Positions 1 through 8,296 of a stretch of DNA of 52,776 nucleotides are shown here, one piece after another. Every line of letters starts with the position of its first letter. The stretch's first letter is position 1. Made by a program: the position numbers and the translations under genes. Source of the stretch: Parcubacteria group bacterium GW2011_GWA2_47_26. GTDB taxonomy: Bacteria; Patescibacteriota; Patescibacteriia; GWA2-47-26. The notes under the pieces are model-generated. The model was not told where the DNA came from, did not search any database, and was given only the letters and a program-made list of their open reading frames with translations. The stretch covers positions 1 to 52,776 of the forward strand of contig LCOG01000008.1 in the NCBI GenBank assembly GCA_001001705.1, in the 5' to 3' direction.

Positions 1-93
1 GATTTCAAAAATCCCTTCAAAATCCTTGCCGAAGCCGAGCCCCGCCTCTGGCGGGGCGAGGCAACAATCGCCCAAAATCCGAATTCTGAAAAT

Positions 94-181
94 TGGCGGT
101 GGGGGTGGGATTTGAACCCACGAGACCCCGAAGGGTCACGGCTTTCCAAGCCGTTGCACTAGGCCGCTATGCGACCCCACC
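94..181 (-). tRNA. tRNA-Ser (anticodon GGA), class II with long variable arm, 3' CCA encoded
   Basis: Reverse complement reads GGTGGGG...ACGGC-TTGGAAA-GCCGT-GACCCTTCGGGGTC...GTGGG-TTCAAAT-CCCAC-CCCCACC-G-CCA. It has a 7-bp acceptor stem, a canonical T-loop and anticodon loop TTGGAAA. Confidence 0.9.
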
Positions 182-216
182 AAAATGCTTACATTGTGTC
201 CCTTCGGAACATCTCC

Positions 217-648
217 CTACGGGATGACAGTAGAAATGTTGTCCTGTAACAGCTCCTTAATACAGCACTGGGGAATGAGGACATTTGCTAATTCAAATTT
301 AGCAAGTTGCCATGCTATAAGCATTAAAGCCCCGACGACGAGGATTCCAAAACCCACGCCCAACCAAAAAGAAGTGCGCGGTGAGGTATATGAATGATTC
401 AAAATTGTCTTTTTACACTGTACATCTTTAACAATTGGCTCGACAGGTAGATTTTTGGGTGGCCCACTATCTGCTACAACTGGCTGTGTATTTCTGATTT
501 CTATGTTGGCCGATGCCGGTTGGACAATTTGCCGCGTATCCACGCCTAATTGATCTACTTGTAAAATATCGGAAACTTTTTTAGCAGATAACTTTACTGT
601 GCGCCGCACGGATGTCGCCTTTCGCGCAACTTTTTTATTTACAGGCAT
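217..648 (-). CDS. hypothetical protein with a basic N-terminus and one C-terminal TM helix
   Basis: 143-aa ORF. Hydrophobic stretch WLGVGFGILVVGALMLIAW near the C-terminus. No recognisable family motif. Confidence 0.4.
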   Translation of the reverse strand: MPVNKKVARKATSVRRTVKLSAKKVSDILQVDQLGVDTRQIVQPASANIEIRNTQPVVADSGPPKNLPVEPIVKDVQCKKTILNHSYTSPRTSFWLGVGFGILVVGALMLIAWQLAKFELANVLIPQCCIKELLQDNISTVIP

Positions 649-721
649 ATATTTAATTAGGATTCACTTGTATTTTTATAGTCTACACGAAAAAGTCGCT
701 ATATTCAAGGGACGCTCGCAA

Positions 722-792
722 AGCGGGTGAGCGGAATCGAACCGCCGTTTCATGCTTGGGAAGCATGCATTCTGCCATTGAACTACACCCGC
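722..792 (-). tRNA. tRNA-Gly (anticodon CCC)
   Basis: Reverse complement GCGGGTG..CATGC-TTCCCAA-GCATG..GGCGG-TTCGATT-CCGCT-CACCCGC-T. Cloverleaf is readable. CCA is not encoded. Confidence 0.9.
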
Positions 793-858
793 ATTTACCA
801 TGCCAATCTTTTAAGCAGTATCAACATATCACATAGTCCAAAAAGTTGGGAGGGCAAG

Positions 859-1245
859 TCACATCTCACCAAAAAAATAAATCCACCACTTATAAGAATT
901 AGAAAGATTGTTATTACCCATGGCATCTTCACCATTTCCCCCAACTCCATTTTTGCTTTCAACCACAACTAGATTCTCACCGGGACGCGCAAAGCCAAGA
1001 ACACGGCGCGCCTCACTTTCAAGAAATTCCGGCGTCTCTAAAGTATTAATTAGCGCCTCATAAGATTCGCGTTCCTTTGTTAAATCATCAACTTCAGATT
1101 GCAGGTTAGCAATTTCCCGACGAATAGCTCTATCGCTCCACTGTGCACGCGTTAAATTTACCGATAACAAAATCAGCAAAATAAGACCAACAACAAAAAA
1201 CCAGTGCGAATGATAGAATTTTTTCCAGCTAAATTGTTTGCGCAT
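859..1245 (-). CDS. septum formation initiator, FtsB/DivIC-like
   Basis: N-terminal TM helix, then a coiled coil (REIANLQSEVDDLTKERESYEALINTL), then EFLESEARRVLGFARPGENLVVV, which is typical of the DivIC/FtsB family. Confidence 0.6.
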   Translation of the reverse strand: MRKQFSWKKFYHSHWFFVVGLILLILLSVNLTRAQWSDRAIRREIANLQSEVDDLTKERESYEALINTLETPEFLESEARRVLGFARPGENLVVVESKNGVGGNGEDAMGNNNLSNSYKWWIYFFGEM

Positions 1246-1349
1246 ACCCGGTGCTACAACGCTTTATTAAAACTGTTAATTTGATTCGTAGTCATATGCT
1301 TACTTGTTGCCGGTGCCACTTTAAGCCATACAGTTGTAGCACCGGGCAT
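1246..1349 (-). mobile_element. 104-nt deletion derivative of the GIY-YIG inverted-repeat element (copy A)
   Basis: Minus strand reads ATGCCCGGTGCTACAAC...GTTGTAGCACCGGGT followed by the ATG of the FtsB-like gene. A 32-codon ORF, MPGATTVWLKVAPATSKHMTTNQINSFNKAL, runs from the left-arm ATG to a TAG inside the right arm. Confidence 0.7.
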
Positions 1350-1355
1350 ATCTCG

Positions 1356-1865
1356 TTATAATAATCCCGCCCCGCCATCATCAGATGGAAGCCGCTGCAA
1401 AAGTCCATTGAGAATTTTCAAGGCTTTACCGGGATTTTGCATATATTCAAAATCCAGCACTGTTTCACCGTTGCCCGCCACAATATGCAAGGTGCCGTAA
1501 TGAAATATCGTGCTCCAAAATCCGCGTATACGATGGGAGACATCATTAATGCGCGAAAGCAACATTTCTGAAACTGTGCGGTCAAAAAACCCGACTTGTC
1601 TGATTTTAACAACTCGTTTGGTCGTAATTATCAAAATATTAAACCTCCACATGACTAAAGTCTTTAATAAAGTTAAGAGTCCAACTGCGATTGAAAAGAC
1701 AAAAAAAATAACGCCCCACCTCCCCCAAGAAAAAAGCGGAAAGAGCAGGAAAAACGGCATTACAATTAAAAAGAAAGCAACAAAAATGTGGGCAAATAAT
1801 GTCAATAAATAACGCCTGGTGGCGAGACAAATCTTTTCATCAGCATCGAGATTAAATTGCTGCAT
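1356..1865 (-). CDS. membrane protein with bacterial PH domain (YdbS/YdbT-like, bPH_2)
   Basis: Two N-terminal TM helices, then ITTKRVVKIRQVGFFDRTVSEMLLSRINDVSH...GTLHIVAGNG, which matches the bPH_2 pattern. Confidence 0.55.
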   Translation of the reverse strand: MQQFNLDADEKICLATRRYLLTLFAHIFVAFFLIVMPFFLLFPLFSWGRWGVIFFVFSIAVGLLTLLKTLVMWRFNILIITTKRVVKIRQVGFFDRTVSEMLLSRINDVSHRIRGFWSTIFHYGTLHIVAGNGETVLDFEYMQNPGKALKILNGLLQRLPSDDGGAGLL

Positions 1866-1875
1866 AACAGTCCCT

Positions 1876-2931
1876 TTATCTCAAAGTGGCAGAAGTAGAA
1901 GCTGACGGCAAGGCTATTTCTTTTAGTAATTCCATGTCCTCTAAAATAATCCCGGTACCCCGAACTACACAAGTTAACGGATCGTCTGCGACGCGCACGG
2001 GTATCTCGGTAACTTTGGCAATCAGCCGATCCAAGCCCTTGAGCAACGCTCCTCCACCGGTCATGATAATGCCGCGTTCATAAATATCCGCGACGAGTTC
2101 CGGCGGCGTTGTCTCCAGCGCAGATTTTACATTTTCAACAATTTGTTTTACCGAGCGCGATAAAGCATCGCGAAGCTGACTGTCGTTAACCATAACCTCT
2201 TTAGGCAAACCATTCATCAAATCGCGGCCGCGCATTGGACATTCAAGCTGTTCGGACAGTTCAACCGCGGAACCGAGCTTTATTTTAACCTCTTCAGCCG
2301 TTTTTTCGCCGAGCAATAAATTAAAAACATCGCGCGCGTACTGAATAATATTGCGGTTCATCTCATCTCCGGCAACCGGAATGACGCGCCAATTTACTAC
2401 TCCGCCTAAAGAAATAATAGCAATTTCCGTAACCCCGCCTCCAATATCAATAATCATAGTGCCAAGCGCATCTTTAATAGGCAGACGCGCGCCAATCGCC
2501 GCCGCCATCGGCTCTTCCACTAAGTAAACCGAGCGCGCGCCAGCTCCAAGCACTGCATCCTCCACCGCTTTTCTTTCAACTTCGGTAAGATCAAGGGGCA
2601 CGCCGATAATAACGCGCGGACGAGGATAAAGAGAGCTCTTTCTTTCATGAACTTTTTCAATAAAATACTTGAGCATTTTTTCCGTAACTTCAAAATCAGA
2701 AATAATCCCCTTAACAAGAGGGCGGCAAGTTACAATATGCGCCGGGGTTTTGCCCAACATGTTTTTGGCCGTATGCCCCACAGCCAAAAGCTGGTCGGTC
2801 CGAGTATTAACCGCTACTATGGTCGGTTCATTGATTACAATGCCTTGGCCGCGCACATAAACTAAGGTATTGGCTGTTCCAAGATCAATGCCAATATCTT
2901 TTGAAAAACGGTGAAACAATTTATCAAACAT
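1876..2931 (-). CDS. mreB: rod shape-determining actin homologue MreB
   Basis: DIGIDLGTANTLVY, EPMAAAIGA, IDIGGGVTEIA and GIIMTGGGALLKGLD are actin-fold phosphate and adenosine motifs. Length is 351 aa. Confidence 0.95.
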   Translation of the reverse strand: MFDKLFHRFSKDIGIDLGTANTLVYVRGQGIVINEPTIVAVNTRTDQLLAVGHTAKNMLGKTPAHIVTCRPLVKGIISDFEVTEKMLKYFIEKVHERKSSLYPRPRVIIGVPLDLTEVERKAVEDAVLGAGARSVYLVEEPMAAAIGARLPIKDALGTMIIDIGGGVTEIAIISLGGVVNWRVIPVAGDEMNRNIIQYARDVFNLLLGEKTAEEVKIKLGSAVELSEQLECPMRGRDLMNGLPKEVMVNDSQLRDALSRSVKQIVENVKSALETTPPELVADIYERGIIMTGGGALLKGLDRLIAKVTEIPVRVADDPLTCVVRGTGIILEDMELLKEIALPSASTSATLR

Positions 2932-2933
2932 AG

Positions 2934-4250
2934 CTAGTCCATACTGCCTCCTAGTGCCTTGACCACATCTTTAAGCTTTAATATCTGCGGCGTATTTTCC
3001 GCTCTCTTCTTCAATTCAGCGCTATCGGCGCCGATACTTTTTTCACTGACAATTAACCTTGCTGGTATGCCGATTAAATCCGCATCATTGAGTTTTTCCC
3101 CCGCAGATATATTCTCACAATCGTCATACAATACTTCAACCCCGGCCTTTTGCAAAGCTTCATAGAGTTTTTTTGCGGCATTGCGTACTTGAATATCTTC
3201 TTGCAGGGCAACAAGATGCACCCCGAAAGGCGCGACCGTCTCGGGCCAGATAATTCCGCGCTCATCATGATGAACCTCTACAATGCTTCCCATGGCGCGT
3301 CCAAGCCCAATGCCATAACATCCCATAAGCGCAAGCCGATCCTTGCCGCCTGCATCTTTGACTGCCAAATTAAAAGCTTGCGAGTATTTTGTTTTTAGCT
3401 TGAAAATATTGCCCACTTCAATAGCGCGTTCCGCATGCACTGGTTTTCCGCATTTAGGGCATTTTCCGCCAGCTTCAAGATCGGTAATTTCGCGATTCTG
3501 CGCAAAGTCGCAAAGATTCTTCAGGCTTGTCTTGCGCGCACTCTCCTTGTTAATAGCAACAAAGTCGCGATTATTTTCGCAAACCATGACAATGTCTTCG
3601 CCAGCCGGAGTCAAGACTTGAAATTCATGTGAATATTTTGAAAAAGTCCCGCCCGATGCTTCAACTACAAGCGCCTTAAGGCCTAAACGCTCAAATATTT
3701 TTCGGTACGCAAGACTAACTGTATTGTAAAACTCATCGAGATCGCTTTCCTCAAGATGAAAACTGTATAAATCTTTCATTAAAAATTCGCGGCCGCGCAG
3801 AAGCCCCGACTTTGCCCGCGGTTCATCGCGAAATTTTGCCTGAATCTGGTATAAAGCGATGGGCAAGTCTTTATAGGAGTGTACAAATTTTTTAACTAAC
3901 GGAGTGATAATTTCCTCATGAGTCCAGCCAAGTCCGTACTCCCTATCGCCTCTGCCCGCAAATTGAAACATTACTTCGCGGCCCGGATCTTTCCAGCGCC
4001 CAGTTTTTTCCCAGTTTTCTTTGGGGTGCATGGCCGGAAGCAATAATTCCTGTCCGCCGATTCTATCCATTTCCTCGCGTATCACGCACTCAATTTTCTT
4101 AAGCACCCGTAAGCCCAGCGGCAAAAATGAATACACTCCGGCCATTAATTTATCAACAAAACCGGCGCGCAAAAGCAATTTTGCATTAACGCTCGACTCA
4201 TCAGCCGGAACTTCTCTTACTGTTTTGCTAAAAAGTTTTGACTGCAGCAT
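2934..4250 (-). CDS. proS: prolyl-tRNA synthetase, short form without the INS editing domain
   Basis: Class II aaRS motifs (REEMDRIGGQELLLPAMHP, FRDEPRAKSGLLRGREFLMKD, GCYGIGLGR) and a C-terminal anticodon-binding domain. It carries a Cys-containing insert with CPKCGKPV. Length is 438 aa. Confidence 0.9.
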   Translation of the reverse strand: MLQSKLFSKTVREVPADESSVNAKLLLRAGFVDKLMAGVYSFLPLGLRVLKKIECVIREEMDRIGGQELLLPAMHPKENWEKTGRWKDPGREVMFQFAGRGDREYGLGWTHEEIITPLVKKFVHSYKDLPIALYQIQAKFRDEPRAKSGLLRGREFLMKDLYSFHLEESDLDEFYNTVSLAYRKIFERLGLKALVVEASGGTFSKYSHEFQVLTPAGEDIVMVCENNRDFVAINKESARKTSLKNLCDFAQNREITDLEAGGKCPKCGKPVHAERAIEVGNIFKLKTKYSQAFNLAVKDAGGKDRLALMGCYGIGLGRAMGSIVEVHHDERGIIWPETVAPFGVHLVALQEDIQVRNAAKKLYEALQKAGVEVLYDDCENISAGEKLNDADLIGIPARLIVSEKSIGADSAELKKRAENTPQILKLKDVVKALGGSMD

Positions 4251-4268
4251 AGTCTCATCTCTAATTCG

Positions 4269-4688
4269 CTAATTCTCCAGCGCTCCAGACTCATCAAGAG
4301 TGTGCTTTACATTACGGCGCGGACGCTTATCTAAAGAAATAAAAAATAACTCTGCTGTTAGAATTAATAGGGCAAGCGGTAAGATATTCCACCATTTAAG
4401 TAATTTATATGCGGCTAGATTCAAAATTATAATCGTAAAAGCTACAACCAAAGTGGCTTCCCTTGCAATCGTTAATATTTCGGCTTTAGAGGCGGCTAGG
4501 CGAAAACGGATATGATGTAAAATAATACCCAAAAGCATGCAGGTTCCCAAAAGCGCCACGCTTACGCTCAAATAAAAAAGCATGTGAACAATCCACCCGC
4601 CGAAAAAAGGATCAAAACGAAACAGCACGAAAATCCAGGCTGCCCAAGCCACCAAACTCCCCATGCTTAATAAAACAAATGGAAACAT
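4269..4688 (-). CDS. hypothetical integral membrane protein (about 4 TM)
   Basis: 139-aa ORF made almost entirely of hydrophobic helices. No family motif recognised. Confidence 0.45.
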   Translation of the reverse strand: MFPFVLLSMGSLVAWAAWIFVLFRFDPFFGGWIVHMLFYLSVSVALLGTCMLLGIILHHIRFRLAASKAEILTIAREATLVVAFTIIILNLAAYKLLKWWNILPLALLILTAELFFISLDKRPRRNVKHTLDESGALEN

Positions 4689-4710
4689 AACCGCTTAAAT
4701 TTTCAGTCAT

Positions 4711-5295
4711 TTATTCTTCGCCTTCGCCGCCGCGCGGCTTGCCGATTTCCGAAAGCAACACATTCTCAACTTTTATACCCCGGGGATAAAAAATCCGTTC
4801 CAGCTCGTCTTTCAATTGCATCTCTACTGCGTCGCGTTGGTTGGTAATCAAATCTTGATATGAAAATCTTGAGGCAATCATGCGCAATCTTGAACGCACT
4901 GTCGGCCGCACAATTTTATCTACAAAATCCTCGCCGATATTCTGCCAAATATTGGGAATTTGATTAATATCAAGACGCAGTAAAATCGTACCCTCAATAG
5001 AAATCGCCTTACCATCAAGAGTGATAGCGCTAACCGGAATATCCCCCATGGCCCGGACATTTTTGAGATTAAAATCTTTAGAAAGGCGATATTCCAAAGT
5101 TTGCGTATTAAATAACTTAGCCCTTTGCCAAAACGGCACTTTCAAATGCAAGCCCGGCAAAAGGCACTTTTTTAGCACGCCTCGCCCTAAATCATAAACG
5201 CAAGCGACATATCCCGGCGGCACATACACAAAAAATCCTTTCAAAACATCCTCAACGACAAATGAATACATTAAACGATCTAAAGAATCATTCAT
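4711..5295 (-). CDS. SPFH/band-7 (prohibitin-like) domain protein
   Basis: VYVPPGYVACVYDLGRGVLKKCLLPGLHLKVPFWQRAKLFNTQTLEY followed by an IVRPTVRSRLR pattern fits an SPFH domain. Confidence 0.6.
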   Translation of the reverse strand: MNDSLDRLMYSFVVEDVLKGFFVYVPPGYVACVYDLGRGVLKKCLLPGLHLKVPFWQRAKLFNTQTLEYRLSKDFNLKNVRAMGDIPVSAITLDGKAISIEGTILLRLDINQIPNIWQNIGEDFVDKIVRPTVRSRLRMIASRFSYQDLITNQRDAVEMQLKDELERIFYPRGIKVENVLLSEIGKPRGGEGEE

Positions 5296-5311
5296 ATCTG
5301 TAGATTATTTA

Positions 5312-6061
5312 TTAAGTGGCGGCATGTCCGCCATTTACGATTTTATCATGCAAGCGCAGGGCGGTATGCTTAACGGCTTGCAATTTTTTGGTAAAAAATG
5401 GCCTAAACAAGTGCACAATATACGAAAATGCCATGGATGTCAAGATAAAAATAGTCTTAACCGCGGGCAGACTTGCTAGGATAACAAAAGACATCAAAGG
5501 AAACGCGTAGCGAAACAAGCTATCGCTTAAAGTCAGCGTATCGCGGCGATGCCGCTGGGAACGCCAAATTTGCCAGTACAAAAGAACGCCCACCAATCCC
5601 GCTACATATATATTTTTTTGTGCAATATCAAATCCTAGAAAACGAGTATTGATTACATCTGGCCGCGCTATGCTCGGATATAGCGCATTTAATTTGCCGG
5701 TCATTCCACCAACAAAAACTTGGTACAAAAGCACTAAAGCCAAGAGTTGTATGCCTAACAGGATCGCCGAAGCCCAAGGCTGAATCCGATTTGCGCGCAA
5801 GACTTCTCTAATATGATCTTTGCGGGCAATCGGATCATCTTTAAATTCATTTTGGATAGCAACCAAATCTTCCTGAATTTTTTCAAATTTGAAGCTGTTG
5901 CGTTCCGCTATGATTGAAAATGGGATAAGCACAACGCGCAAAGCCACAGTCATATAAGCAACCGCCAAACCCAGATTTTCAAAGGCTACGTTATTATAAA
6001 GCCAAATCAAAAAATTCAAAAGGGGCGTGAACAAATAATCATGCCAAAATATACTTAACAT
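5312..6061 (-). CDS. yidC: membrane protein insertase, short YidC/Oxa1 family
   Basis: GLAVAYMTVALRVVLIPFS, then an amphipathic helix (KFEKIQEDLVAIQNEFKDDP), then LANRIQPW-type TM helices. Length is 249 aa. Confidence 0.7.
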   Translation of the reverse strand: MLSIFWHDYLFTPLLNFLIWLYNNVAFENLGLAVAYMTVALRVVLIPFSIIAERNSFKFEKIQEDLVAIQNEFKDDPIARKDHIREVLRANRIQPWASAILLGIQLLALVLLYQVFVGGMTGKLNALYPSIARPDVINTRFLGFDIAQKNIYVAGLVGVLLYWQIWRSQRHRRDTLTLSDSLFRYAFPLMSFVILASLPAVKTIFILTSMAFSYIVHLFRPFFTKKLQAVKHTALRLHDKIVNGGHAAT

Positions 6062-6168
6062 AGATTTTGCATGGATTTAGTATAGCACAAAACGCAATCC
6101 AGCGCATCCACAGCCCTATATAAGTTGACACACTGTTATTTTTGCATTAAACTAAAAGCCTGCTCTTT

Positions 6169-6791
6169 TTGGCGGAGGAACGGAGGAATAGAATGTATGC
6201 CATGGCCCATCCGGTCCAGTTTGTAGTACTAACAGCCGAAGAGGAAAGAACGCTAGCCCGTAAATGGCTAGATCACGGAGATGAGAAAGCGCACACACGC
6301 TTGATGGGACTGTTGCCGAATATCCATTTTGGCCATTTCTTCCCAAATACGGCTGCGACTCGTTGAAAATCACTCGAAATAGCTCTGCTATTCCTGCGTA
6401 TTTTCAACTTCGTCTCGCTCGTATTTTGAAAGAACTATCTCAAAAGCATATTCGGCAGGAGTCCCTTGATGCAAGCCTGCATTGGCCTAACATGGAAAAT
6501 CGCCTGGGGCTTCAGGAATTACGGGTTCCCTGTGGAAGATTTGGCGCAGGAAGGCCAGCTTGGCGCAATCAAAGATCTTGCAAAATACGATCCCGCAAGA
6601 GCACGGTTGTACACCTACGCGGCATGGTGGATACGGGCGTACATCCTGACCTATGTTCTCAAAAACTGCAAGATCGTAGGAAGTTGTCGCGCGAACGTGT
6701 GCGACAGCTTGAAGCACGCGCCAAAGCCAAACTCCGCGCGCATATCGCGGCCACTTACGGTAAAGACGCTATAGCAACCCTACTAGGGTAA
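6169..6791 (+). pseudogene. sigma-70 family (RpoH-like) sigma factor remnant, split by a MITE and carrying an internal deletion and frameshift
   Basis: Region 1.2/2.1 (LTAEEERTLARKWLDHGDEKAHTRLM) ends at 6306. Region 2 (QACIGLTWKIAWGFRNYGFPVEDLAQEGQLGAIKDLAKYDP...YAAWWIRAYILTYVLKN) resumes at 6472 in the same frame. Region 4.2 (LSRERVRQLEARAKAKLR) follows directly in another frame, so regions 3 to 4.1 are missing. Confidence 0.8.
6307..6465. mobile_element. 159-bp MITE-like element (GGGACTGTTGCCGAATA family), copy 1, inside the sigma gene
   Basis: Terminal inverted repeats GGGACTGTTGCCGAATAT and ATATTCGGCAGGAGTCCC. Flanked by the direct repeat TTGATG (6301-6306 and 6466-6471). Removing the element plus one repeat restores the sigma reading frame. 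Confidence 0.85.
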
Positions 6792-6813
6792 GGCGATTCG
6801 CGAGGAGATATTG

Positions 6814-6845
6814 ATCGGTGTCGGGGGAACACCGATTTTGTTTTT
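6814..6845 (+). terminator. Rho-independent terminator after the sigma remnant
   Basis: ATCGGTGT-cggggga-ACACCGAT followed by TTTGTTTTT. Confidence 0.7.
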
Positions 6846-6980
6846 ATGGAATACTTTTGGTGGAAAAGGCAAGCATAAGAAAGTGTGCAATAACACACGG
6901 CCGTGAACTACTGCTCACGGATGCAAACAGCCCTTTTTAATAATTCAATTCGGTAACGGAGAAAAATAGGAATGTTGGAC

Positions 6981-7005
6981 GAACCCAAGGCTTAGCCTTG
7001 GGTTC
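6981..7005. repeat. CCAAGGCTTAGCCTTGG-type palindrome
   Basis: GAACCCAAGGCTTAGCCTTGGGTTC. The same core recurs at 11505-11544 (two copies) and 37850-37865. Confidence 0.8.
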
Positions 7006-7031
7006 GTAAGAAATCCAGATTTTATTGAATT

Positions 7032-7475
7032 TCAGATGGTCGTTGGCCAAATAAGTTTGCCATAATGATCATATATTGGGAGTCGGAGATTGGGATTGTT
7101 CTGCGTCGCCTCCAACATTTTCTGCAATACTTTGCGTTGCAAATCTTCTGATCCATAAGGCACGTGTATTCCATGGATAAGTCTAAAATAAAGTTCTCGT
7201 GATTTTTCTGCTTCAGATAATCCAACGGTTGTTCCTCTAATACTACTTTTACCTATACGCCCCAACCATTCATTCGTCCCCCGATTGTAGAAGCCAATAA
7301 TATCATCGCTTATCCCTTGAACGCTAAGCGATGGGTCATTTATTATGGAATCACTTACTTGAAAAATAATGCCAATTGGCTCTTTATCCTGATATGTTGA
7401 AAATTGTTGTAAAATAAAAATCGTTGCCTCGTGGCGTTCTTCAGGAGTATTAAGATTTTGCATCATTTTTTGCAT
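7032..7475 (-). CDS. hypothetical protein (AT-rich orphan)
   Basis: 147-aa ORF with no recognisable motif. The frame stays open a further 39 codons upstream without a canonical start. Confidence 0.4.
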   Translation of the reverse strand: MQKMMQNLNTPEERHEATIFILQQFSTYQDKEPIGIIFQVSDSIINDPSLSVQGISDDIIGFYNRGTNEWLGRIGKSSIRGTTVGLSEAEKSRELYFRLIHGIHVPYGSEDLQRKVLQKMLEATQNNPNLRLPIYDHYGKLIWPTTI

Positions 7476-7612
7476 GAGTTCAATTTCCTTCCTGAATTCC
7501 TCACACCACGCTGGTACCGGAGTTATTTTTTTCCTTTGAATTCTCTCAATCTCATCCTGTCTCTCTTTTACCCATTCCGCGCTACGACTATTTCAACGGG
7601 CATTAAATATAT

Positions 7613-7978
7613 TTATAAAACAAAAGCCCGCAATCCAATCATCGCGAGCTTCTCCCACTGCACCCCAAATGAGCAAATATTTTTTCTAATAGTCAGAAAA
7701 ACAGCTTCTTCCACCACATATACACCATAGGCATACCCACTAAAACCACAACAACGAACAGAACCCCAGTACGGGCCCATAGAAACTGCTACTGTGAGAT
7801 CCACCCATGGTGCTTCACTTCGGTTAAACTTTCCTCCTAGATTTCTGTGGAAATCGCGCGCGATGTTCCACAGAAATGCCGGGTCTCTCTGCAGCCCCTT
7901 AAGATTGGCGAGGAACTCTTGTGTAGGGCTCTCGGGCATGACAAGAATGTGAACCGTGCAACTGCACACTGACGTCAT
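7613..7978 (-). CDS. hypothetical protein
   Basis: 121-aa ORF with no recognisable motif. It lies between two degenerate regions. Confidence 0.3.
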   Translation of the reverse strand: MTSVCSCTVHILVMPESPTQEFLANLKGLQRDPAFLWNIARDFHRNLGGKFNRSEAPWVDLTVAVSMGPYWGSVRCCGFSGYAYGVYVVEEAVFLTIRKNICSFGVQWEKLAMIGLRAFVL

Positions 7979-8014
7979 GTCCCGTATGATTGCAAGGGGG
8001 ATGGTGTGGATAAC

Positions 8015-8037
8015 AAAAGCGGGGCATAAAGCCCCGC
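8015..8037 (-). terminator. Rho-independent terminator downstream of murF and the MITE
   Basis: On the minus strand, GCGGGGC-tttat-GCCCCGC followed by TTTT. Confidence 0.6.
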
Positions 8038-8048
8038 GCCCTTATCAT

Positions 8049-8195
8049 GGGACTGTTGCCGAATACCATTTCTACTGCAAGTTAAGAATTTTGGCTGCGA
8101 CTTTGTGAAACATTCTCAACATATACGCCGTATATGCTTCAAATGTTTCACTTCGTCTCGCTCAAAATTCTTACCTTTCGTAGAACCATGTGTCC
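8049..8195. mobile_element. MITE-like element copy 2 with a degenerate right terminus
   Basis: The first 132 nt (8049-8180) differ from copy 6 (48839-48970) at one position. Confidence 0.8.
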
Positions 8196-8296
8196 TAGAC
8201 CGGGCTAGACGATAGGAGCAAAAATTTAAGCGGCAAACCACACCCATCCCATACAACAGAAGTAGATAAAAATCTATCACATAACACACTTCTTGT

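Noticed and set aside
727-972. Plus-strand 81-aa ORF
   Set aside because: It overlaps the tRNA-Gly gene and the 3' end of the FtsB-like gene on the opposite strand, and its sequence is not protein-like.
7476-7612. A possible 39-codon upstream extension of ORF 7032-7475, or a frameshifted fusion with ORF 7613-7978
   Set aside because: The frame is open and reads plausibly (SAEWVKERQDEIERIQRKK...), but it has no canonical start. An open stretch of this length is not improbable in AT-rich DNA. There is not enough evidence for a pseudogene call.
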